64,000 nt of DNA from a virus: the IMG/VR virus record IMGVR_UViG_3300028786_000006, positions 32,001 through 96,000 of that record. One strand, 5' to 3'. The position numbers were made by a program, and so were the translations under genes. Shown here piece by piece: positions 9,673 through 19,436 of the stretch. Within the stretch, counting starts at the first letter, position 1; every line of letters starts with the position of its first letter. The notes beneath the pieces are model-generated. The model searched no databases. It was given only the letters and a program-made list of their open reading frames with translations, and was not told where the DNA came from.

Positions 9673-10407
9673 ATGAGTCTGCCAATTCTACCCAAGGCCA
9701 CGTTCCCGTACAAGAACAAGTGGCTCAAGGGCGCTATTAAATTTCACCCTTTCACCTGCGGCCAGGAATCTATCTTGGTTCAAGTGAAGGATTCGGAAGA
9801 CCCGAAAGAAAAGCTTGTGGCAATCGCCCAAATTCTGGACGAGTGTGTTACCGGCGCTGACTCTCAGACCTTGCCGCTGTTTGCGGTTGAAGATCTGTTC
9901 CTGCGAATTCGCGAGAAGTCTGCCGGCGAAACCCTGTCGCTGACTTATGTATGCAGCAACGAGGTGGAGCTCCCAGAAGGCCCCGAAGGAGCCCTGGTCA
10001 AACGTTCGTGTAACACCCCGGTAAACGTGGTGATCAACCTCAAGGAAGTCCAGTTACAGCAGGAGGGCGAGCACATCACCACCTTCCAGGTGTCTGAAGA
10101 CATCGGTATCAAGATGACTTATCCGACCCTGAAGTCGGCATCAGCTTCGGACTCCAACCCGGCGGCCATCGTGCTGTCCTGCATCGAAAGCATCTTCGAC
10201 GCCGAGACCGTTTACCCGGCCGCTGATAGCACGCCTGAAGAACTCAAACAGTTCTACAACAGCATGCCGCTGTCAGTCAAGAACGAAATCAAACTCAAGT
10301 TCTTCGACAGTATGCCCACCCTGCGTTACACCATCAAGGCCAAGTGCCCGAAATGCGGTTACGACCACGTCCAGGAGATTGAGTCCCTCAACAGCATTTT
10401 CACCTGA
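9673..10407 (+). CDS. gp26: Baseplate hub assembly protein
   Basis: MSLPIL, FHPFT, LRIREKSAGE, IKMTYP, CPKCG; GGAGG SD. Confidence 0.88.
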   Translation: MSLPILPKATFPYKNKWLKGAIKFHPFTCGQESILVQVKDSEDPKEKLVAIAQILDECVTGADSQTLPLFAVEDLFLRIREKSAGETLSLTYVCSNEVELPEGPEGALVKRSCNTPVNVVINLKEVQLQQEGEHITTFQVSEDIGIKMTYPTLKSASASDSNPAAIVLSCIESIFDAETVYPAADSTPEELKQFYNSMPLSVKNEIKLKFFDSMPTLRYTIKAKCPKCGYDHVQEIESLNSIFT

Positions 10408-10580
10408 TGTTTGAATTGGAGCTCATTGAATATTTTGAGATTGGTCATATCCTGAAGCGTGATTGCGACATAACCCTCACCGAGTACAATGCGATGCTGC
10501 CATGGCACCGTGAAGTGTACACCACCCTCATCAAGCGGGATCAACAAGCCGAAGCACAACGTCAGACCGGGCGGAGGTAA
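10407..10580 (+). CDS. Baseplate hub assembly chaperone (gp51-like small protein; not in ORF track)
   Basis: MFELELIEYFEIGHIL...LTEYNAMLPWHREVY; TGATG overlap with gp26. Confidence 0.7.
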   Translation: MFELELIEYFEIGHILKRDCDITLTEYNAMLPWHREVYTTLIKRDQQAEAQRQTGRR

Positions 10581-10604
10581 TCCTCCCCCTCCCTGGCGGG
10601 TCTC

Positions 10605-10610
10605 TAATTA
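10605..10610 (+). promoter_or_regulatory. Late (gp55-type) promoter TAATTA
   Basis: TAANTA motif recurring 25-50 nt upstream of late genes. Confidence 0.55.
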
Positions 10611-10638
10611 GCTGAGACAACCAAATTCGGATACCGCT

Positions 10639-13600
10639 ATGATCGACAATCCTTCCCTGTTTTTTGGCACGGTTGAGGACGTAGACGACCCTCTCCAAGT
10701 GGGGCGGGTCCGCGTTCGCGTCGTCGCCATGCACTCTACCAACAAATCCCTAATCCCCACTGAATCATTGCCTTGGAGCCACGTCAGCTCCGATGCAAAC
10801 AACGCCGCGTTCGACGGCCTGGGCTGGTCCCCAACTGGTATTCAGGTTGGCACCGTGGTCTGGGGCTTCTATACCGATGGTGATAAGCTGGAACCGTTTG
10901 TCGTTGGCACCTATCATGGTGTCGGGGAGGACGGTACTCACGACGTGAACCCGTTGGCTCGGGGTATTGTTAGCCCCGCGATGGCAGCCAATAAGACGCA
11001 GTTCGCTACAGCGGGCGTCGGGGTACGGGCTACGAGTCCGAATAGTACTCCAGAGGAGGACGCCGGGCAAGCGCAAACCAGCTCTGGGGGCGCTGCCGAC
11101 CCGGCTTTAGCAGTCAAAAACGATATCTCGGCGAAACAGGCTGCTCAACTGGAAACGGTCAAGTTGACTGATGCCCAGGTTGCCACTCTGAAGTCCGTAT
11201 GCGCAGGTGACACCAAGAAGTATGCGTTCATGTGTAACGTGCTGTCAATCGAGAACCGGGGCAAGCCTGCCCCCTCGAACGCAGTCAGCCCGGCGGGCGC
11301 GGCGGGACCATTCCAACTGATGCCTGCTACGGCCAAGGCCGTGGGTCTCACTGGGGTTGGCGGTGCCAACGACGAACGGAACAGTTTCCCTGCTGCAGCC
11401 GGCGGCGTAAGCGACCTGTATGACGAACTGAATAAGCGATACAATGGCAACCGCCGGGGCATGTACGCCGATTATAACGGTGGTCCCAAGTTCGGCAAAG
11501 CCGAAGTGGCCGGTTCGCCGCTCAGCAACAGCGAGAACAATCAGTATGTGGCGATGGCCATGTACCTGGAAGAAAAGAACGGCACCTCCACGCCACCAGC
11601 CCAACCCAACACCGACCCAGATACCACCAACGAATTCGACCCGAACAAGTGGATGTCGATCGCTGAGAAGGAAATCGGTATCAAGGAGGTCAGCGGTTCT
11701 GGTGCGAACGCTCGGATCCTCGAGTACCACGCCCAGACCAGCCTCAATGCATCCAGCGACGAAACCCCTTGGTGTTCAGCGTTCGCATGCTGGGTGATGA
11801 AACAGGCCGGTATCGCTGGTACACGCTCCGCATCCGCTCGGTCGTGGGTGAACTGGGGTTCATCCCTGACTGGCCCCCGGTACGGTGCCGTGGTTGTCAT
11901 CACACGCGGTAACGACCCTCGGTTGGGTCACGTTGGCTTCGTCTCGCGGTTTGACAAGGACTATGTGTGGCTGCTCGCGGGTAACCAGACTGACTCGGTC
12001 AGCGTTGTACGGTTCAGCCGCGCCAACGTATTGGCCTACCGCTGGCCAGGCCCCACCAACACCCTGGAAGCGGTGTCTGAGGCTGAAGCCAACCCAACCT
12101 GGTCCCAACCTATCGGCGGTGCAACCGTCTTCGTCCCACCAGCCGCCGGGGCGCCGATCGTTGTTGGTGCAGGCCCGTACCCTCACAACCGGGTATTCCA
12201 GAGCAAATCTGGGCACGTGATCGAGCTGGATGATACGCCGGGCAACGCCCGGATGCATCACTACCACATGTCCGGCACCTTCCGTGAAGTACTGAACGAA
12301 GGCACCCTGACAGACAAGAGTGTTCAGGATCGGTACACAATCACCACGTTCAACAGCTATGAGATGGTCGGGAAGAATTACAGCCTGACGGTCAATGGCA
12401 CAGCATACCATCGGTATGGCGGCGCGGCGGTGTTTCACAGCGATACCACGCTCTTCCTGGAAGGTGGGTCCCGGGTCCAGGTAAACTCGCCACTGGTAGC
12501 ATTCAGTGAACAGATCGCGGCCCCTTCGGCTTCGTTCCAGGCTCTGGACGTGCTGGGTGTCATCGAGGGCACTTGTAAGAACGCCCTGTGGGCAGCCCAG
12601 GCTGGTAGCATCGGCGGCGCGGCCCAGGCCGTCATCAACAAGAATATCAACACCGCGATGGAGGCATCCGTCAAGGCCGCTCAGGACATGTCTGCTGACA
12701 AGTTCACCGCTTCCTTCGGGCCAACCCCTCCCGCCGCTTCTACGGCACGAGAGGGTGATATCTGGGTGCCTACCGGCGTTTCAGGTACACAAAGTGGACA
12801 GCAGATCTTTAAAGACGGAGCCTGGGTCCCAGATACCGAATCCAAGGTCAGGATGGTCCCAGTTACCGCCGCTGGTGAAGACGGGAAGCCGACCTACTTC
12901 ATCCCTGACTCAGCTACCCCGGTCACGGTCATCGCAGGTTCTTCTGAGCCTATCCTGTCTGAACTGGAGAAAGCTGAAGCTGGGCACATGTGGGTCAACA
13001 AGCTCACTGGTGTCGTGAAAGAATGGGCGCCGGTGGCAATGAAGTGGGCTGTGGTCGGTGGCATGGCCGCGAAGATTTACTCGGATGACACGAACAATGT
13101 TGGCGGGCAACCGGCCGGCGTGGTAGCGTCCAAGGCGATCGACGGTTACGAGAAGGCTGTTCAGGCCCTCAGCTCCCTGGCCAAAACGAGCACGGCACTG
13201 GATGGCCAGGTGAAGTCGTTCTACCAGGAATCTGAGCCAACCCCAGAGCAGAACGCGGCGGTGGGTGACTACTGGTTCGACGTCGATAACCAGTACCGGA
13301 TGTACGTGCTGACCATCGTGGACAACGCCCCTGTCTGGAAACGCGACGAGAGCGAAATTGGCATCTTGCTGAAGAACCTCTCAGGCCTTCAGACCGGTAA
13401 GTCCACCACATTCTTCCAGGAAGAAGACCCGACCCTCAACGTGGCCATCCGCGTAGCAACCGGCGACATCTGGTTCCAGCCCGAAGAAAAGCTGTCTCGT
13501 CGATGGGACGGTAGCCAATGGGTCCTGGTGAAAAGTAGCGGTGACTCGATCAACGGCGGTACGATCTCGAACACCAGCATCACCACCAATGCGAACGAGA

Positions 13601-14028
13601 CCCAGGAACGCCTGGTAATCGACTCCGCAACCAACAGCACCAGCTACTACGGCCCTGACGGTACAGGTACAGTCACCGAGCTTGCCCGAACCGGCGGCAC
13701 CAGTGAAGTGGGTACGGAGAGTGTCCAGAAACTCGGGAGCACTACCAGCCCGCTGATCGCACAGGAACTGGAAAGCTCTGCCACCGCGTTGAAGGTAACC
13801 GGTGGTTCAGAGTTCAACGGTCCAGTGTTGATCAAGGATGCGATGGCGACCACCAAACCATTGAAGGTCGGCCCATACATCATCGGTTCCGGTACGCCCC
13901 CGGCCGCCGCGTCTTACCCTTTGTCTATGATGATCTTCGCAACGTCAGACGCTACCCCGGTGGTGACTCCGTGCTACTCAGACGGTGTCAACTGGCGCAA
14001 ATTCAAAGACGACACGGTGTTCATCTAA
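10639..14028 (+). CDS. gp5: Baseplate central spike gp5 with SLT transglycosylase, CHAP/NlpC-P60 amidase and fibre-like extension
   Basis: OB fold (DDPLQVGRVRVR); IEN...AAGPFQLMPATA...YNGGP; DETPWCSAF...GHVGFV..GNQ; YPHNRV..SKSGHVIELDDTPG. Confidence 0.9.
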   Translation: MIDNPSLFFGTVEDVDDPLQVGRVRVRVVAMHSTNKSLIPTESLPWSHVSSDANNAAFDGLGWSPTGIQVGTVVWGFYTDGDKLEPFVVGTYHGVGEDGTHDVNPLARGIVSPAMAANKTQFATAGVGVRATSPNSTPEEDAGQAQTSSGGAADPALAVKNDISAKQAAQLETVKLTDAQVATLKSVCAGDTKKYAFMCNVLSIENRGKPAPSNAVSPAGAAGPFQLMPATAKAVGLTGVGGANDERNSFPAAAGGVSDLYDELNKRYNGNRRGMYADYNGGPKFGKAEVAGSPLSNSENNQYVAMAMYLEEKNGTSTPPAQPNTDPDTTNEFDPNKWMSIAEKEIGIKEVSGSGANARILEYHAQTSLNASSDETPWCSAFACWVMKQAGIAGTRSASARSWVNWGSSLTGPRYGAVVVITRGNDPRLGHVGFVSRFDKDYVWLLAGNQTDSVSVVRFSRANVLAYRWPGPTNTLEAVSEAEANPTWSQPIGGATVFVPPAAGAPIVVGAGPYPHNRVFQSKSGHVIELDDTPGNARMHHYHMSGTFREVLNEGTLTDKSVQDRYTITTFNSYEMVGKNYSLTVNGTAYHRYGGAAVFHSDTTLFLEGGSRVQVNSPLVAFSEQIAAPSASFQALDVLGVIEGTCKNALWAAQAGSIGGAAQAVINKNINTAMEASVKAAQDMSADKFTASFGPTPPAASTAREGDIWVPTGVSGTQSGQQIFKDGAWVPDTESKVRMVPVTAAGEDGKPTYFIPDSATPVTVIAGSSEPILSELEKAEAGHMWVNKLTGVVKEWAPVAMKWAVVGGMAAKIYSDDTNNVGGQPAGVVASKAIDGYEKAVQALSSLAKTSTALDGQVKSFYQESEPTPEQNAAVGDYWFDVDNQYRMYVLTIVDNAPVWKRDESEIGILLKNLSGLQTGKSTTFFQEEDPTLNVAIRVATGDIWFQPEEKLSRRWDGSQWVLVKSSGDSINGGTISNTSITTNANETQERLVIDSATNSTSYYGPDGTGTVTELARTGGTSEVGTESVQKLGSTTSPLIAQELESSATALKVTGGSEFNGPVLIKDAMATTKPLKVGPYIIGSGTPPAAASYPLSMMIFATSDATPVVTPCYSDGVNWRKFKDDTVFI

Positions 14029-14039
14029 GGAGGTGACTT

Positions 14040-14429
14040 GTGGCATCAACGCCTGCATACCGGGACTTCGACCTAACGTTCGGAGCCCACCCAATGTCCG
14101 GTGACGTAAGCATGAGGACTGACGCCGCTGCTGTGCTTCAGTCCATCAAGACCCTGGTTATGAGCATGGAGGAGGAAATCCTCTTTGCCCCCCAGATCGG
14201 CGGCGGGGTGTACAACCTGCTGTTCGACCTGGCCGGGCCGCTTACCGAGATCAACATCAAGAACCGTATCGAGGATACCATCAGGGCATTCGAGCCCCGG
14301 TGCGACCTCAAGACGGTGGTGGTGAACCGCTCGCCCGATGGGCACGGGTTTATCATCAGCCTGCTGTTCTTCATTCTCAACAACCCGGACCCGATCGAAG
14401 CGGTCATCCCGCTGAAGCGTCTCCGCTAA
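14040..14429 (+). CDS. gp25: Baseplate wedge subunit
   Basis: YRDFDLTFGAHP, AVLQSIKTLV, FEPR; GGAGG SD. Confidence 0.93.
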   Translation: MASTPAYRDFDLTFGAHPMSGDVSMRTDAAAVLQSIKTLVMSMEEEILFAPQIGGGVYNLLFDLAGPLTEINIKNRIEDTIRAFEPRCDLKTVVVNRSPDGHGFIISLLFFILNNPDPIEAVIPLKRLR

Positions 14430-14433
14430 ACGA

Positions 14434-14475
14434 CAAAACCCCCGCCCGGCTTGCGCTGGACGGGGGTTTTCTTTT
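14434..14475. terminator. Bidirectional intrinsic terminator
   Basis: AAAACCCCCG...TTGC...CGGGGGTTTT between convergent genes. Confidence 0.8.
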
Positions 14476-14479
14476 GAGG

Positions 14480-14758
14480 TCAGACAACTGTGGGACGCAT
14501 CACCTCGGTGAATTCCTTCAGGATTTGCTCGCGCTCCTCGCCGGTGAATGTATCCGCGTAGACCACCATTGCGTCACGCAATGCGATCTCCATCAAGTCG
14601 GCCATGAGCTTGGACTTGGTGATACCCAACTTATCGGTCAGCATGTTCAGACCCCGGTCGACCCCACCAGGGAGCCGAACCGTGTTCGACATCTTGGGTT
14701 CCTTGTTCGCTGCATTCACCAAACCTTCGACATACTGCTTCACGTTATTCGACAACAT
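14480..14758 (-). CDS. Ribbon-helix-helix-like DNA-binding protein
   Basis: NTVRLPGGVDRGLNMLTDKLGITKSKLMADLMEIAL pattern; GGAG SD before start near 14758. Confidence 0.55.
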   Translation of the reverse strand: MLSNNVKQYVEGLVNAANKEPKMSNTVRLPGGVDRGLNMLTDKLGITKSKLMADLMEIALRDAMVVYADTFTGEEREQILKEFTEVMRPTVV

Positions 14759-14800
14759 CACAATCTCCCAAGTGGCCCCGGTTGCCCAGGGCCGTATCAA

Positions 14801-15331
14801 TCACAGTTGTTTGAATTTCGCTTCCGACATAAACTTCAGATTTACATAAATTCTTGCTGGAAATTGGTTGAAAACCTTACCCTTCGAGGATACGTTCAGG
14901 ATCATGTCCTGCTCGATCCGCACGTTGTTGCCGTTCTTGATACCGACGATGGCGAAGCGGCAACCGTTGATGTGGAGACATTCAGCTTTTTCCAGCTCAC
15001 CCATCTTACCTTCGATCTTGTTGGCCCAGGCCATCACGGTTTCGGTGGCGTGTGCTACAGCCATGCGCTCTACTGCTTCTGGGTTCAGGGCGTAGATTGC
15101 GGCGCCGTCACGGGTGCGGTTGCGGCTACCTTCGACCGGGTTAGTGCAGACAACCACGCGGCGGACGGTCTCGGTCCAGAGGCTGTAATACTTGCTGTTG
15201 GACACGTTGTCGAAGGTGTTGGTGAATTCACCAACCAGGAAATCGTACTGCTGGCCGATCAGGCGGGTGTAGTTGGCGGTCAGTTCTGGGATGCGGGCTT
15301 CGAGGGCGGCTTTCAGGGCTTCGGATTTCAT
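14801..15331 (-). CDS. Hypothetical early protein
   Basis: GAGG SD; directly downstream of a strong sigma70 promoter. Confidence 0.75.
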   Translation of the reverse strand: MKSEALKAALEARIPELTANYTRLIGQQYDFLVGEFTNTFDNVSNSKYYSLWTETVRRVVVCTNPVEGSRNRTRDGAAIYALNPEAVERMAVAHATETVMAWANKIEGKMGELEKAECLHINGCRFAIVGIKNGNNVRIEQDMILNVSSKGKVFNQFPARIYVNLKFMSEAKFKQL

Positions 15332-15366
15332 GGCTAGTTCCTCAGTGAACTCGTTTCGATGGGCCC

Positions 15367-15395
15367 ATTATACCAGTGTTATTGAACCAGTACAA
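15367..15395 (-). promoter_or_regulatory. Early sigma70 promoter
   Basis: TTGTAC-17 bp-TATAAT with extended TG and A/T-rich upstream element. Confidence 0.85.
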
Positions 15396-15424
15396 CCCCC
15401 AAAAGTAAAATAGTTCAAACTATT

Positions 15425-15961
15425 TTACCAGTGACGCGGAAACTCCAGAACGTCACCGTCTTTTGCGCGAAGTACCCAGTTCTCGTCGATGCGCAGGAAC
15501 ACGCCCCGGTGTACGTCGCCATCGACCATCTTCTGGCAATACTTCGACACCCTGACGCCCCGGTCGGTCAGATACTTCAGACCATCGAAAGTGGATGGGC
15601 TCTTGTCCGACTTATAGAGCTGCTCGAACACCACGGCCTCGATCCTCGACTTGATGATCTCGCGAGCGCAGCCCAGGCAAGGCTCGTGGGTAACGACCAG
15701 CGTGGCCCCGGCGGCGGTTTCATGGATGTGGCGCAGCTTGTCTAGGCAGTTGATCTCGGCGTGGACGACATCTTCTTTGGTGACGTTGTTGATTTCACAC
15801 TCGTTGTCGTCTCCTGGGTATGTGCCATTATAACCACACCCCAGGGGGCTGTCGTGCTTGATCAGAACAGCCCCGACCTTGTTGCGCTTGGCTGAGCTCT
15901 GCATGGCATAGGCCCAGGCCGCTGCCATGTGGGCTCTCATGTTCTTCGGTTTGTAGCTCAT
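15425..15961 (-). CDS. cd: dCMP deaminase
   Basis: KVGAV, GYNG, HAE, EPCLGC. Confidence 0.93.
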   Translation of the reverse strand: MSYKPKNMRAHMAAAWAYAMQSSAKRNKVGAVLIKHDSPLGCGYNGTYPGDDNECEINNVTKEDVVHAEINCLDKLRHIHETAAGATLVVTHEPCLGCAREIIKSRIEAVVFEQLYKSDKSPSTFDGLKYLTDRGVRVSKYCQKMVDGDVHRGVFLRIDENWVLRAKDGDVLEFPRHW

Positions 15962-16566
15962 ACCACACCGCCCATGGCTTTCTGGAGGCGGAGGAAATCC
16001 AGTACCGAGTCATGGACAGGGTCATGGTAGACCATCTGTGGATAGTCCGACGGCTTCACACCGGCGTACCGGTCGTTGATGCCACAACCACGGAAGAAGC
16101 TGACGATCTCGGTGGTGTGGTGGTAGTGCCACGGCTCGCGGTCTTGCTGGCCACAGGTGATTTCGATGATGTGCTGGAGCTTCTTGAAGTCGAAGGCGTT
16201 CCGGTCAAACCACATCACCGAGCGCGGCTCAACCCCGAGCGAACGACAGAAGATGCTCATGGTGTCAGCGATCTTGTCCAGGGACAAGAACTCGGTTTCT
16301 GGGCGCACGGTGAAGGACTTCTCGCGGGCGGCGTCGGTTACGCTCTTGTCTTCACGCCACCAGTCGATGGTACGCTTCTCACGCACCCGGCCGCGCTTGG
16401 CCTGGTCCATCGGGTCTAACCGGAAGAACAGGCTCTGCTCTTGAGCCAGCTGGTCAAACGTGTAGTTCTTCGACAGATCAGCAACGACAAGCCCGACCGA
16501 CAGGACGATTGCATCGTCGTACCGGGCCAGGGTTTCAGTATCGAGCACGGCAATTGGATTTTCCAT
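15958..16566 (-). CDS. DEDDh 3'-5' exonuclease (DexA-like)
   Basis: LDTETL, TIDWW, FDF, HDPVHD; start at ATG 16566 after AAGGAG. Confidence 0.8.
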   Translation of the reverse strand: MENPIAVLDTETLARYDDAIVLSVGLVVADLSKNYTFDQLAQEQSLFFRLDPMDQAKRGRVREKRTIDWWREDKSVTDAAREKSFTVRPETEFLSLDKIADTMSIFCRSLGVEPRSVMWFDRNAFDFKKLQHIIEITCGQQDREPWHYHHTTEIVSFFRGCGINDRYAGVKPSDYPQMVYHDPVHDSVLDFLRLQKAMGGVV

Positions 16567-16574
16567 ACAGCTCC

Positions 16575-16874
16575 TTAATGTCGGTATTGAACCTGGCCGG
16601 CGATAGACCACGTAGGTTGGTTGATGCCGTCGTTGAACAGGCGGTACAGGTTGGGGTCAGGGCGGATGGCCAGGAGGGTCTCGTAATCTCCCTCTCCAGG
16701 GCTTGCATGTTTTGTGACGATAACGTTGGCCTTCAGCGGTAGACGCTCGTCCAGCTCCTGCAGGAAGTCCATGGTCTTCATCAATCGCCCTTGGATGTAG
16801 GCGGGCGGGTACTCTTTACAGACGAACGTGATATCACGAACACTGCCCGGCTCTTGAGGGACAGGTTTAATCAT
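16575..16874 (-). CDS. Hypothetical protein
   Basis: AAGGAG SD, operon position. Confidence 0.65.
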   Translation of the reverse strand: MIKPVPQEPGSVRDITFVCKEYPPAYIQGRLMKTMDFLQELDERLPLKANVIVTKHASPGEGDYETLLAIRPDPNLYRLFNDGINQPTWSIAGQVQYRH

Positions 16875-16931
16875 TCTTTGCTCCTTGGTAAATACACGAT
16901 AACCATCCGGCCACCCCTAGAGGAACCAGCC

Positions 16932-17258
16932 ATGATCATCACTAGCGAATACACCCCCGTGGCCAACGCGGCACTTGTCGAACTGGCCCAGCACAATCTC
17001 TTCCGCATCCACGTTGGTGTGAAGTATTACAACCTGGTCTCAGGTTCCTACGTCGAAGTCAACCCAACTGCTGGGTCCATCGATGTGACGGTTTCCAAGC
17101 CGACGCTGCGGGCTCCGAAACCTGTGGGGACGTTGGTGGCGACCGATAAGGTAACCGATCTTGTCAACGATGGCCCTATCACGGCGCTTCAAGCTTCGAA
17201 AAACGTGAACATCGCCGGGGCCACCCACTACAAGCTCGTCATCGTCACCGAGCGGTAA
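16932..17258 (+). CDS. Hypothetical late protein (beta-rich, possible virion decoration)
   Basis: Own TAAATA promoter (16889), GAGG SD, terminator at 17261. Confidence 0.7.
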   Translation: MIITSEYTPVANAALVELAQHNLFRIHVGVKYYNLVSGSYVEVNPTAGSIDVTVSKPTLRAPKPVGTLVATDKVTDLVNDGPITALQASKNVNIAGATHYKLVIVTER

Positions 17259-17260
17259 CA

Positions 17261-17295
17261 GAAAGGGGAGCCGGCTTGCGCCAGGCTCCCTTTTT
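17261..17295. terminator. Bidirectional intrinsic terminator
   Basis: GGGAGCC...TTGC...GGCTCCC-TTTTT. Confidence 0.8.
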
Positions 17296-17297
17296 CG

Positions 17298-19436
17298 TTA
17301 TTCAGCCAACAGAACGGTGAAGTCGTCGCGCAGCTGGTACTTGATGACCTTCTCGAAATATTCGCTGAATTCATCTTCGCGCTGGGTCACCACCATCAGG
17401 TTGGTGCTGTTGGCCATCTGGGCTTCGAACATGCCCATGAAGTCCACCACGCCTTGCTGGCTCAGGTTTTCCAGCACTTCGTCGAGGATCAGCAGGTTGC
17501 AACTGATCGAACTTTTCATCGAGGCGATTTCGCGCCAGGTGAACAAGATGGCCAGGTCGATCCGGCGCTGTTGACCGGTAGACAGGTCATACAGGTTCTG
17601 GTTCTTGCGGGTAGGGTCCGCCATCTCGATATTGAAGTCTTCGTCCATGACGAAGTTGATGTACATGCCCATGCCATCCAGGATCTCATTGACCCGGCGG
17701 TTGAAGAATGGGATGTACTGCTTCACCACGTCGGCCTTCACGCCGTTGTCCTTCAGGATGATCAGCAGGTCGCTGTAGTTCCGCACTTCCGCCTTCAGGG
17801 CGTCATACTTGGATACCAGGGCTTCCTTCTGGGTGTTCAACTCCTCCTGCTCAACTTTGAGCTTCTTCAGCTGCTCGTCAGCACCTTGGTCCAGGTTGCG
17901 TTCGATGATGTCGCGCTGGGTCTTGATCTCCGCCTGGAGAACCAAGATCTGGCCGTCCAACGAAGCAATCGCCGCGTTAAACTCATTCAGCTTCGTTACG
18001 AAGGCCATGTTGGCCTCTTTCAACGGCACCCTTTCGGCTTCGAGCTGGGCAGTTGCCGCCTTCCATTCAACCCGGACGCTGTCCAGGGCGCCTTCCATTT
18101 CAGAAGAGATACCCTGTACCACGGCCGGGCCGCTGAGGGCTTCCAGCGCCGCTGTTTGGTCGCTCACGTCTTTGGAGATGGCCGCGATTTCGTCTTCAGT
18201 GGCCTTCTTGGCGTCCAGGACCGCTTGCTCAGCCTCGGTCAGTTTCGGGGCCAGGCGCTCCAGACCAGAATTCACTTCAGCCGCGCTGGTTTCCATCTCA
18301 CCAGCAATGCGGTCTTTGTGCGCGTCAGGTACAACCTGCATGCAAGTTGGGCAATCACCCAACGAGCGGAAGCTGTTAGCCTTCGATAGTTCACCGCTCG
18401 CCTTGCGTTCCAGGTCACCCTTGATACCACGCATGCGGGTCAGTTTGGAGCTGGCTTCGTCCTGGGCGGCCCGGCCGCGAGCCGATGCTTCTTCAGTGCG
18501 GGTACGCTGATCGGTGTTCAGCGTACGCAGTTGGGTCTGGTGGGACAGGTTGATCTGTTGGATCCTGTCGCTGAAGCCCTTGCGGGTTTCTTCCAGGTTC
18601 GCATTGAACTGGTCATCGACGGTCTTGATCGATGTCTGGATCGCGGAAAGCTTGTCGGCTTCTACGGCTGCCTCTTCTGCCGTCTCCTGCCGCTTCGCGT
18701 CTAACCGGCTACGAACGTCACCCTTCTTACTGAGATCATCCTCGAGCGCGGTAATACGCTCCCGAGCGCTGGTTACGATGTCGCCCCGGTTCGTGTTGTG
18801 CTGCTCTACCAGCCGGGTCACTGAACTCAGCTTTTGGTCTACCGCGGTCATTTCAAACTCGACATCGCTGACCTGGCGGGCCAACACCTTCATGTCTTCC
18901 TTGGCCACTTCGTTCATAGAGCCGAAGATGCCGGTGCTGAGCATTTCGTCGGCCACGTGGCGGCGGGTACTGGCATCCATCTTGATGAACGGAACGAAGC
19001 GGTCACGGCCCAGGGCGATGACGTTTTCGAAGATGACGTGGTCGAAGCCCAGGACTTCCAGCAGACGCTTCTGGTTGTCCGTGTTATCGGAATCGTTCTT
19101 CCACAACTCACCTTCTTCGTGGACTTCGAACACTGCAGGCTTCTGGCCCCGGCGGACCAGGTAGTTCTTCCCACGAGCTTCGAACTCAACTTCTACCAGG
19201 CTGTCCTTGTTGGACTTGCTGTTGATGAGGGAAGTCTTGCGGGCCTTCTCGCCGTACGCCTTGTCGAACAGGCCGTAGTACAGGGCCGAGATAGTCGTGG
19301 TCGACTTACCAGCGCCGTTGTCCACCGACACGACCAGGGTGGAAGGGTTCTCGATGAGGTCAACCTCAATGAAGCTTGCCCCCACCGATCGGAAGTTCTT
19401 GCTGCGGACCTTCTGCAGAATTACCTTGTGGCTCAT
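17298..19436 (-). CDS. gp46: Recombination ATPase (Rad50/SbcC-like)
   Basis: NGAGKST Walker A, CPTC zinc hook, LSTGQ signature, LILDE Walker B. Confidence 0.95.
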   Translation of the reverse strand: MSHKVILQKVRSKNFRSVGASFIEVDLIENPSTLVVSVDNGAGKSTTTISALYYGLFDKAYGEKARKTSLINSKSNKDSLVEVEFEARGKNYLVRRGQKPAVFEVHEEGELWKNDSDNTDNQKRLLEVLGFDHVIFENVIALGRDRFVPFIKMDASTRRHVADEMLSTGIFGSMNEVAKEDMKVLARQVSDVEFEMTAVDQKLSSVTRLVEQHNTNRGDIVTSARERITALEDDLSKKGDVRSRLDAKRQETAEEAAVEADKLSAIQTSIKTVDDQFNANLEETRKGFSDRIQQINLSHQTQLRTLNTDQRTRTEEASARGRAAQDEASSKLTRMRGIKGDLERKASGELSKANSFRSLGDCPTCMQVVPDAHKDRIAGEMETSAAEVNSGLERLAPKLTEAEQAVLDAKKATEDEIAAISKDVSDQTAALEALSGPAVVQGISSEMEGALDSVRVEWKAATAQLEAERVPLKEANMAFVTKLNEFNAAIASLDGQILVLQAEIKTQRDIIERNLDQGADEQLKKLKVEQEELNTQKEALVSKYDALKAEVRNYSDLLIILKDNGVKADVVKQYIPFFNRRVNEILDGMGMYINFVMDEDFNIEMADPTRKNQNLYDLSTGQQRRIDLAILFTWREIASMKSSISCNLLILDEVLENLSQQGVVDFMGMFEAQMANSTNLMVVTQREDEFSEYFEKVIKYQLRDDFTVLLAE

